DNA of 64,000 nt from assembly GCA_017654855.1 (NCBI GenBank), contig CM030334.1:992001-1056000 (forward strand). Direction: 5' to 3'. Positions 13,698 to 23,357 of this stretch are shown piece after piece (positions within the stretch are counted from its first letter, which is position 1; each line of letters begins with the position of its first letter). The notes beneath the pieces are model-generated. The model did not search any database and was not told the DNA's origin. It saw only the letters and a list, made by a program, of their open reading frames with translations. The translations under genes were made by a program, and so were the position numbers. The stretch is from Podospora anserina. Taxonomy: Eukaryota.

Positions 13698-14014
13698 TGT
13701 GACGAACCCCTATCCAGAACCTCTGAAAGGGATACTAGTCGAAGGCACTTCTGACAATCCTGGTTCGGTACAGCTAAACAGTGTACAACAAATGGCTTGT
13801 CTCAATTGCAATAGTCTAGATACCAACGATTGTGACTTGTATCTAATTGCATACTGCGGAACTGTCTATCTACACCAGCCAGTTCCTCCGTATATATAGA
13901 CCAGTGGATCACCTGGATCACCATGCCAAGCGTGATCTTGGATCACCATGGATCATAGTGCCAAGAGTGATCCTGGATCACTCTCGTCACTTGCCTGCTA
14001 GCTTAACTGTGACA
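13698..14014 (-). mobile_element. LTR (solo/remnant) of a gypsy-type family, crapaud-like
   Basis: TGTCAC...GTCACA termini on the minus strand. The 3' half is highly similar to 14174-14544 and 52119-52503. No matching TSD. Confidence 0.88.
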
Positions 14015-14173
14015 AGCCGCTATTTCCACAGGGCATTTATAGAGCCTTTAGTAGCCTAAATCCAGAATTTAGGCTATTTTAGGACACTGTAGCGTCCGAT
14101 GCAGGGCTTCAAGTAAACTTTGTACTAAGTGGATCCTCAGGGGTGCCGGGTAGGTATGTTGTGACTGTCTTCG

Positions 14174-14544
14174 TGTCACGGACCTGACATAAGTGGGGAG
14201 CGCGGGGCGCGACCCGTCCAACCACTAGGAACGGAAAAGTGGGGAAGTCAGATTATCACTAGCGCCAAGGGTGATAATCGCGATTATCACCAGCCTTCGG
14301 TGAACGACGAGTGATAATCGACATTATCACTGGTGATAATAGTGATAAACAGGTCTATATATACGGAGGAACTGGCTGGTGTAGGTAGACAGTTCCGCAG
14401 TATGCAATTCACAATTGTATTTACGGTATCTTGTGTTTACATTGAGACATCTTGTTGTGCACTGTTTAGCTGCACCGAACCAATTGTCAGAAGTTACCTT
14501 CAACCCGTATCCCTTTCAGAGGTTCTGTACAGGGGTTCGTCACA
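14174..14544 (+). mobile_element. LTR of the same family with a different 5' (U3) half
   Basis: TGTCAC...GGGGTTCGTCACA termini; shares the TATATATACGGAGGAACT...3' half with the other two copies; no TSD. Confidence 0.88.
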
Positions 14545-15545
14545 AAAATAGCTTTTAAAGCTAAATAAACCTACTGGAAGGATACTATTTAATATACTAA
14601 TTTAAATTTTTAGTAATCTCAGATATAGAAACAATTTTTAGAGCAAAATAATCTACTTAATTTAGACTAACTAAGAAACTATTTCTAATATAGATACTAT
14701 ACTATATAAGTTATTTCTAACTTTAATATAGATATTAGTTCCTTATTATAACTTTTATACTGACTATAAGCAGAATAATTATTGTTAACGTGTGGGTACT
14801 ACTAAGTGCCCTATTTACTGCCCTACAGATTGATATTACAGTGGGCAGTACTGCTATAAGCAGTAACGGAACTTCCCGGCTTAAATCCCTTTAGAATATT
14901 CTTTATAAGGGACCCTTGAAGGCTTACAGGGCTACTGTAGCCTGAGGCTTAGTCAATGGATACTAGAACCTTCCAAAGTAACTACAGGCTTACGCAGTAA
15001 GTTGCCACAATAGTATAATTTACAGGGCACCCTTGCTACTGAAGGTTCGATAGATTTCCGTAAGTTTACACTAGACTCACCTAAGCTCACCAAATACCCC
15101 AAAGTGGTATAGGGGCTTCCAGGGCCTACAAGACCCATAGTAGGCCTACGAAGGCCTATATATAGACCTCTCCTCTCTCCTGTAGAATAGTTCTTTTCTT
15201 TCTTTCCTTAAGGGCTAAAGTTTAAGGCTGAGGCCAAAGGCAATAAAGGCAATTCTTATTCCTTATACCTCACTGTATTACAGTGTTTTACCTTCCTTCG
15301 GCACTGCCGTCGTATCCTCCCGCTTCCGCTTGCGCACTGCTGTATTTTACAGCAACCCTGTATAGGTTCTATATTATAGGCCTATCAGGGCTCACCAGCT
15401 AACAATTATTAATATAGCCAGGGTTATTTTCTAGCAACTTCTACCAAAAGCTCCCCTACAGTGCTAATAACAATTACTATAAAATAGATATACTTCAGAA
15501 ATAGCTCTGCTATAGTCTACCTCCAGTATAGCCTAGTCTTAGGTG
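14545..15545. mobile_element. heavily RIP-mutated repeat relic hosting a nested solo LTR
   Basis: AT/TpA-rich, CpA-depleted sequence on both sides of 14783-15404. Confidence 0.6.
14783..15404 (+). mobile_element. solo LTR (622 bp) of a second family
   Basis: TGTTAAC...GCTAACA termini, perfect 5-bp TSD ATTAT (14778-14782 and 15405-15409), internal TATATATA near 15157. Confidence 0.85.
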
Positions 15546-15555
15546 GATTCAACCA

Positions 15556-15783
15556 TTGCTTACCGTGCTCAGGGCTTTACTCACCGTACTCAGGGCTTTG
15601 CTCACTATACTCAGGGCTTTACTCACCATACTCAGCGTTTGCTCACCGCGCTCAGAGTTTGCTCACCCTATTCAGGGCTTTACTCACCCTACTCAGGGCT
15701 TGCTCACCCTACTCAGGGCTTGCTCACCCTACTCAGGGCTTGCTCACCCTACTCAGGGCTTTGCTCATCCCTACTCAGGGCTT
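15556..15783. repeat. 20-21 bp minisatellite (TGCTCACCCTACTCAGGGCT[T]), ~11 units
   Basis: Directly visible tandem units with C/T and G/A variants. Confidence 0.9.
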
Positions 15784-17978
15784 CTCCACTTCTGCTCTGG
15801 TTAAAGCGGCGACTGCTCAGGTCCAAGAACGGAAGTGGAAATCGTCCATGTCTAGATTCCGATATTGCAATGGATGTTGTCAAAGCACGCCAGGATAGTA
15901 TGTGGGGACTGGCATCGGTGGCTCGTCATATCCGGCATCCCGTCAGAGAACCGGTCTCTCAGAAGAAAGCTTGGAGGACGTCTACAACATTACAGCTATT
16001 AGCATGGATTCCATCACCATGAAAATACAACAGAACGTAGATAATCTACCTGGGAAGCCCAGCAATCAAAACAAGCCAGCCGCTCCATGTGACAAGGGCT
16101 GTGATATCAGGGCTTGGAACTCATGGTTCAATTCAGGCTAATAATCTTCAATGGCCTCGAAGAGCGTGATACTGAAAGTGAAGAAGGAAATACAGTCTTG
16201 ATGATCCTGAACGCGTATTTTATCCTCCCTCGCGTGGCCCGTGCCCTTGTTGGCCTCAGGCCATCGCCAAGTCCTCCAATATCCTCCTGGGCCAGTGGGC
16301 TTCCTTTGATAACCGCCTTGCCTCTGATTGTCTGCCTCACTCCTGACGAGAGGCTCACGACGTGCAGCTTCCCCTCCTTAAGGTGATATTTGGCGTTGTT
16401 GTTGGTCATGGTTGTTGGTGGTTGGTGGTCGGCATTTGCCGTGTGACACTCCAGCCAAATATGCTGAATACACCAACTGCCATGAAGCCTCGTTCGTGTG
16501 AAGGATCTCGATGGAAATGAGCTTGAAATTGGACGACGCAACAGGAGATCTGCCAATGGTTGTCAGAGAGAACTGGGCGAGGTTGGGTTGCGGGAGGGGC
16601 AGAACCTACTGCCTTGAGCACGCGAGCATTCTCCTTGGGCTGTTAACAGCCGACAGGCCACTGGTGACCCCGGGGTCTGTCCCCCGGGCCAAGATGGGCA
16701 GGAACCTGCGCGCCCTATCAATGGTAATGCTGTTGGACCTGCTGCTGCTGTTGGTTTCTATAGAGATAGACGGAACCCGCCATCGTGGCGAATGGCTAGG
16801 AAGCCGGAGAGAGGAACAAAACTAACCCCGAGATGGCGCCATGGTACAGTACCTCGAGGAGCGAGGAGTGTAAGCCATCTGGACATACGAGAGGTTGCTG
16901 ATTGGCTGATGGGAGGTTGAAAGTGACCGGATTATGGATGGAAGAGAGGAAGAAACATATTTGAGAGAGTCCAGCTGCTCAGAGGAGAGGGAACTTGCTC
17001 CTCGAGCTTCAGGCTCCTGCACCACTGGAGGGGAAGACCTATGCCCAGCTGAAGGTCCCACTTTCCTTCTTATCTGCCGACGCAAAAGAGCACTGGCAGC
17101 CCACCTTGCTCTGCTGTCTGACCATCGATACGTGTCATCGGGACGGAAGACATCATTCTCTGTCAGGGACGAAGCTGGGAGAAGGTCCGCGCCGTGTTAT
17201 CCAGTGACAAGTGCAGTCACCTGGTGAATGACTTGGTCCGGCAAGATGCTTGATGTCAAGTCATGACTTCCCTAGTTGTCGGTCCAGTCAGCAAGAAGAA
17301 GCGCATCGAAAGGGACTGTCGAGTGTCGACGGGGCATCCGCCGAGATTGACTCCACTGGACTTGTCACACAGAGCTAGACACCTGCCGCATGACAGTCTC
17401 CGCCTGTCGGGAGTGATCGAAGTGAGCCCTGTCCGGCCGCAGAGTCAATATCCAGCTCTGGTCAGGGTTAGAGGGTAGGTTCTTTCCTTGCCAGCATGTT
17501 CTTGCCTTCTCACCCCCGCCCACTAGGCAGCTATGTGGTACGATAAGACGTGTGCAGGGGTCACTGTGACATCGAGGGTCTGGTTTGGCCAATATGGTCC
17601 GATGGCAATGACAATGCCAAAGATGATCATCGGAGCTGATGATTGATTGCTCGGTGGAAAGACCAGGGGCACCTTCAGTTAAGGGACTCACGGCTGTCAC
17701 GATGGGTCTGGCTGTTGACTATGTCCTTGTGAGCACCAAGCTCACGATGTGTCGCTCACAAATGATACAATGAATGGCACAATCACCTTGGTTTCTCATC
17801 ATGCTCCCAAGAAGTGTGAAATTGACTCATGAATCGAAAATAAAAGTACATGTTTTCATGCCCTTCCGTGCCATGCTGTCTGTGATGCTAGATCCTCGTC
17901 CTCCGTTCCTGACGCAAGAGTACATGCCAAAATGAGTCCGTCTGTTGAAATTCCATGCCAAAGTACACAAGTTGTCAT

Positions 17979-18491
17979 CTACTCCTCCGCAGCCCCCTTG
18001 ATATTGCGATCACCTCTGCCACTCCAGAACGCCTTGTTGACCTTGTCATCATTGGCCTTGGCGGCTCGGCCGTGCTTCTTCTCAAACTCGGCGTTGTGAG
18101 CATCGACCTCTTCTTGTTGCTCTTTGGTCAGGTTGGGCTTGTTGCCAGGAACGCTGGAGTTGCTGATCTTCGGTTGGGCCGGGGGATGGTGCGAGCTCTC
18201 CAACGGTTCTCCTCCACCGGTGCGGCCCTTAGCGCCACCTTGGGCGAGTTGGTCGGGGATAAAGCCGGCTCCAGACGAGCCTTCGCCCTCGCCTTTCTGG
18301 ACGGCATCCTGCTCGATGGCTTCCTTGCTGCGAGAACCGCCGCTTTCAGCGCTAGCCTGCTCCGCCGCCTTAGGGGAAGAAACATCGCTGTAAGATCGGC
18401 CCGGTCTCACGCCGGTGATGACTGGAAATGCCAGTCTGCGGGACATTGGAGTAGCCTGGGCAAGCAAAACGCGAGCGGTGAAGCGGTTCAT
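17979..18491 (-). CDS. conserved fungal hypothetical protein with an N-terminal mitochondrial-targeting-like presequence
   Basis: MNRFTARVLLAQ...RRL...GRSYS (Arg-rich, no acidic residues); C-terminal EVDAHNAEFEKKHGRA...DDKVNKAFWSG; typical codon usage. Confidence 0.7.
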   Translation of the reverse strand: MNRFTARVLLAQATPMSRRLAFPVITGVRPGRSYSDVSSPKAAEQASAESGGSRSKEAIEQDAVQKGEGEGSSGAGFIPDQLAQGGAKGRTGGGEPLESSHHPPAQPKISNSSVPGNKPNLTKEQQEEVDAHNAEFEKKHGRAAKANDDKVNKAFWSGRGDRNIKGAAEE

Positions 18492-19350
18492 GATGATGGG
18501 TGTGGTTGCGTAAGGTGGTGACAAGAGAGGTCTGAATGTGATTTGTTTGGAGATGTGAGTGCCCGGTCTGTTGTCGAAGGTGACAGGCTAAAGTTGATGA
18601 TTGAAAAGGTTCAAATTTGTGTTTAGGATGAGAATAATAGCAGCAAAGAGCTCTTGTTTGGTAAGGTAGGGGCTGTTGAACCGATGACATCATCAGCATC
18701 ATCCCTCCAATTGTGCCAACTTGGGCGCCAAGCACGCTCCTCCTGCCCCCCACAATTTCAGGGGCCAGGTCCCGTCACTGTGGGGAGCAGTGGATGTTGT
18801 GTCACTGTGGGGTTCACAGGGCATATGCCGCCATTTGAGACATCGAGACCATAGTTCATCTGTAGTGAATAATGACTATCTTCTTCTCTCGGATTCGCAT
18901 TCGGCAAGACTCCATGAAGCCATGTCACTGTCCCATTGGGAAATTTCCGCGACACGCCAAGATACCGTACCACCCCTACCCACCGGTTAGCTAGCCCCAC
19001 GTCAACATGGCCGTTGACCCCCTCCTTTGTGTTATCCCTCCTGCCTCGATGTTACAATCATACAATCAGACGAGATGTTCACTGCGCGGCCCGTGCCTTC
19101 CTGAGCAAATTAAGACCGAACCCTACCTAGTACCCCTTTCCTAGTAAAAAGGCCGCATATTCCCGCCGTGCTCAGTTGACTGTCACTCTCAGGAAGCTGA
19201 ACCTGACTCGATCCCCCACGCTGAACTTCAACAGACTCATCGAACCCAGAAGGTCAAATCCGATCTGGGTCGGCAATTTCGTCTGAACCAGACCTGGACC
19301 TTCTCTTTCTCTCTGTCCCGAATAACCTCCAGAGTGACAAAAACGAAAAC

Positions 19351-20597
19351 ATGGGTTCCATGGCAGCTGTGCTAGACACCTCCGCCGCGCCCGCTGGCAG
19401 CGCTCAGCAACGCATCGCACCACAGCTGCCCACCACTGCCCGCCTCTTCCATGCGACCTGTGCCTTTGCGGTGCAGAAGCTCCTGCTGCCCCCATGGATC
19501 TTCCTCAGAAAGGTGAAGACCTACATCATCTCACCTGGGGAGACGTACCCCGACCAGATCATAGCATACCCTGCTCTGAAGCATTTACCCATTCGGTAGG
19601 ACCCTGCTACGTTTTGGGTTGACCGAGAATTCCGGTTCGATGGCTCACCACATTTCATAGAATCTTCCTACCCCCAGGCTATGACCGGACCAGCACCAAA
19701 CGCTTCCCTGTGCTCCTCACCATCCACGGCGGTGGCTTCGTCCTGGGCAACCCCTGGGACAATGACCCCTGGAATCGCGCCTTCTCCAGCAAGCACGGCT
19801 ATCTCGTCGTATCACTCAATTACAGCAAGGCACCTGGCTCCCCCTTTCCCAAGCCCGTCTACGACCTCGAAGCCCTCATCCAGCTTGTCTTAGCCGACAC
19901 AACACTGCCCATCGACTACGACAGGATCGCCATAGCAGGCTGGTCAGCAGGCGCCAACTTGACTCTAGCAGTCTCCCAGCTCGACACCGTCAAGCTCCAC
20001 GTCAAAGCCGTTGTCCCTCTCTATCCCGTGGTTGACTTTGTCCCCACTCAAGAAACAAAGTGTGCCGGCCGCCGCTACAAGCCCGACCTTGGCGGATTCC
20101 GCGGTAAAGATAAGGACTTTCTGCTCGCCATGTCGCCGACATTCAACTGGGCTTATCTCAACCCCGGCACTGACTTGCATGACACACTCCTCAGCCCAGC
20201 ACACGCCAAGAGGGAAGCACTCCCCAAAAACATTTTTATGATTGGCTGCGAGCTGGACATGTTGGCTCCTGAGGCGTGGAGGATGATTTGCAGTCTGGCT
20301 GGCAAGCGTGTGCCGAGAGAGGATGAGGTGGTCGGAAGGCAGATGACGGCAAAGGAGGGAGAGCTGATCACGGGCAATGATGATCGGTATGCCTGGGAAG
20401 AGGTGATCAAGATGGATGGAGGGGCGAGATACAAGTGGTTGTTGGTTCCGGATCAGGTGCATGGGTTTGATCAAGACAGCATTGGGCACATGGTGGGCAA
20501 TGATGTGAAGTGCTTGAAGGATGCCAAGATGAAGACGGACAAGATGATTGAGATTATTGGGGGTTGGCTGGATGATGTTATGGATGTTGACAAGTGA
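19351..20597 (+). CDS. alpha/beta hydrolase (HSL/Abhydrolase_3 esterase-lipase), intron 19596-19660
   Basis: HGGGF oxyanion motif, GWSAG nucleophile elbow, ELD and VHGF catalytic residues; the splice joins LPIR to IFLPPGY in frame. Confidence 0.92.
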
Positions 20598-21085
20598 TAA
20601 TGGGATCATCTTGAGGTGTATATGACACGTTGCTTCATGTTCTTGGTGTGTTCACTTAGCTAGCTGTATCGCACGCATCGAGATAGAAATGCACAACAGT
20701 TGACTGTCAAAACGTATGCCGGAACTCAACACCCTAGAGGCGAAAACCCATACTCTGTGCGGTATGCATTGCTACACTGGAGTCGCCAAGCCTCAATTCT
20801 CAGCGCAGAGGTCATAGAATCAAGAGCAGAACTGAATCGATTGAAAGCCATGAAGTGATTCTAAAGGACGACAACTTCCTCCAATAAACCTTTTCACCTA
20901 AAACCTCGTCTCCCTCGCGATGCTGGCCGAGACTAACAGGATCGATCCCGATTGGGAGGTTTACGCGCCCAACAAACCATTTCGATCCGTTCCAGCAACC
21001 CAAACCCCCTTGCTAGGTTCAGATTGACCGTGGCCAGACCAATGACACCGACTGAGCGGCTTTCGGCTACAGCACAAACGACATC

Positions 21086-21919
21086 TCAAACCCCCCCCGT
21101 CACCTTCCCCCAGATCTCCAGCAGTACCATAACCCCATAACAGCACGCCCCCGCCTCAATGACAACCCTTTCCCATCCCCACCTCGGATCCAACCTCCGT
21201 AACATTGGCAATCCAGCAAGGAAGTAACTCGCGTACCCCCACGATCCCACCTTCAACATTTTGGATCGATCACCATAGGTGAACCACTCCGTCATCAAAT
21301 CCGAAGCCATGAACCACGTCTCCGCAAACGCCAGCATGTAACTTAGGGCGAGGACTGTCCCCAGCCTTGCGAGGGGTCTTCTTGGGGAGATGTACTCGTA
21401 CAAAACCAACAACAAGGAGTAATAACTGATGAAGTAGGCGTGTGTTAGGGGGTAGAGGAATGCGGGAACGGTGTGCGTGACCTCGCGGCGGAGGACGTCG
21501 CTGTCAAAGGTTGGGAGGAAGCCCGGGAAGGTGTATCTCATGGACATTAGTTGGAAGAAGTAGGCTGTGCCAAAATAGGTGCCGAAGAAGACGAGCAGGG
21601 CGATATACACGTTGAATTTGAGGGCGTAGGATGAGGTGTAATGGTGAGAAGACGGTCCGCTGGAGGGGGCATTGTCGATGGCAGCGGGCCCGGGGCGAAA
21701 GGGGAAGAAGAGGGGTAGGAGAAAAGGGGGCGAGGCGACGAGGAGGGAGAAGGTGAGGTAGTGGGCGTTTGTTGTCCATGTCGTCAGGGAGGAGGTGAGG
21801 ACAACCACGGCGACAGTGGAGAGCCAGAGAGGGGAGTGGACGAGGAGCATGAGGCGGTGGAAGTGAGCTTTCTCGTCGCCCGCCTCGTTAGGTGGCAAGA
21901 AAGGGGTCGAGGGCATCAT
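21086..21919 (-). CDS. cycloeucalenol cycloisomerase (CPI1)-like polytopic membrane protein, 277 aa
   Basis: Motifs match plant CPI1 as I recall it: SPLWL, KFNVYIALLVFFGTYFGTAYFF...YTFP, VP..LYPLTHAYF..Y, LALSYMLAFAET, DRSKMLKVGS..YASYF..GLPM..RLD, W...RVVIEA...VLLEIW. Confidence 0.8.
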   Translation of the reverse strand: MMPSTPFLPPNEAGDEKAHFHRLMLLVHSPLWLSTVAVVVLTSSLTTWTTNAHYLTFSLLVASPPFLLPLFFPFRPGPAAIDNAPSSGPSSHHYTSSYALKFNVYIALLVFFGTYFGTAYFFQLMSMRYTFPGFLPTFDSDVLRREVTHTVPAFLYPLTHAYFISYYSLLLVLYEYISPRRPLARLGTVLALSYMLAFAETWFMASDLMTEWFTYGDRSKMLKVGSWGYASYFLAGLPMLRRLDPRWGWERVVIEAGACCYGVMVLLEIWGKVTGGV

Positions 21920-22173
21920 TTTGGTGTCGGGGGCGTGGATGGCGATGGTGGTGTGGCGGTGGAGGAGCGAGCGGTCGGCCGTGAGGTCCTGTTTTTGCCC
22001 AGAGATTAGCAGAGACACTATGCCGTTTGGGGTAATTGGAGATCTTAGAGGGTATCGTCCAAGTGCAAGCACAAAGCCATCCATGTCCAAGCACACAGCA
22101 AGGCAGCACAAAACAAAAAGTAACAGATATAGATAAGGGATAGGTAGGTAAAAGGATTTGCGAGCTCGGCGGC

Positions 22174-22539
22174 TCAAATAGCGACTAAAAAGTCCAAAAT
22201 CGGCCAGTGGCCGCGTGCCGTCGCCCAAGGCACAATCTTCTCCCCGTCCTCGTTCAGCGCTTCCAGGCGGGTTTCCCCGGACGGCGCGAACGTCCTCATG
22301 GCCCAGAAGCGGGCAAACTCGTTGAGCAGCTCGGTGGACGACCAGGCGTCCACCGGCCATTTGCTTCGCCAGCCGGAGAGTTCTTCGTCGATGTAGTCTA
22401 GGACTACCTGGGCTTCGTCGCAGCCTCGGCGTCGCTCGCGGGTGTTTTTGCTTCTGGAAATTGAAATAAATAAATATTAGCACAGAACCAACGTGGTTGG
22501 AGGAGATGGTATTGAGGCTTACGAATTGTTGGATTCCAT
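22174..22539 (-). CDS. small spliced protein (98 aa) ending in one ankyrin-like repeat; intron 22522-22454; absent from ORF track
   Basis: ATG GAA TCC AAC AAT TC|gtaagc...tgctaat...ttccag|A AGC AAA... gives MESNNSSKNTRERRRGCDEAQVVLDYIDEELSGWRSKWPVDAWSSTELLNEFARFWAMRTFAPSGETRLEALNEDGEKIVPWATARGHWPILDFLVAI*. Confidence 0.6.
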
Positions 22540-23357
22540 CTTGGTTGATTTTGTTGATGACTGTGGAAAGGAAGTCAAAAGAAGAGGATCCAGATTTGAA
22601 AAAGTTCACAGCTTGAAATGCAAGCCAACTAGGCCCTAGTAGTATTCTGAGGAAAGGTGCTCCTGCTGGACGTCGGGGGGTTGAGCACTTACCCACCAGG
22701 AGCAAGTCTCCATTCTTCCGTCACCGGGAGCACACTGAGGAGAGAGCCTACTGAACGGAACTTGGACCACAGGGTTTCTCTGCGAGGGCAACTTGCAAAC
22801 AGAGTATTTTTGGACCATGGCATTCGGTGATATACAATAAATGTGTCGCTTACACATTACTCTTGAATGTCCATATCTAACTATGTGCGTAATTATAAAA
22901 TCCCAAGCACACTTGACATGACAAATCGTTTACAGTCGTCCAACAGTCTCTTTCATGATCTGTTCCTGAAAAAGATTCAGAACCTTGGTTTCCACCGTGT
23001 CACAAGCCGTTGTTGCTCCTCCATCTTTGCAATCCTATCCTGAACAATAGACAGCGCGGAAGGGCCCTCGTTGTCAATGACACGGAGATCACACTTGCCG
23101 GTGGAAAGCAATGTGGTGATTATACCCATGACCCCCTCTGGCCTCTATGCCAAATGCATCACTCGACAGAGAATGTTCCTTCCAAATGTGTCTTTTGCCT
23201 CCCCGTCCGCCCCACCCTCACTCATCAGGTACTTCGCCACGTTCAACTTCTACTCGACTGGAGGACAAAAGGAACTCCACCACTTCAGCCCTGTCCTCCA
23301 TCGCGGCGTGCGCTAGGGGCGACATACCGTGATCATCACGACAGTCTAGTGACGCGT

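Noticed and set aside
15556-15783. CRISPR-like array
   Set aside because: Units are contiguous with no unique spacers; eukaryotic context with no cas genes.
21920-22705. N-terminal 260 aa of the 539-aa ORF 21086-22705
   Set aside because: Non-ATG start. The region contains UTR-like sequence and a separate spliced gene in another frame, and CPI1 similarity begins only at the Met at 21919.
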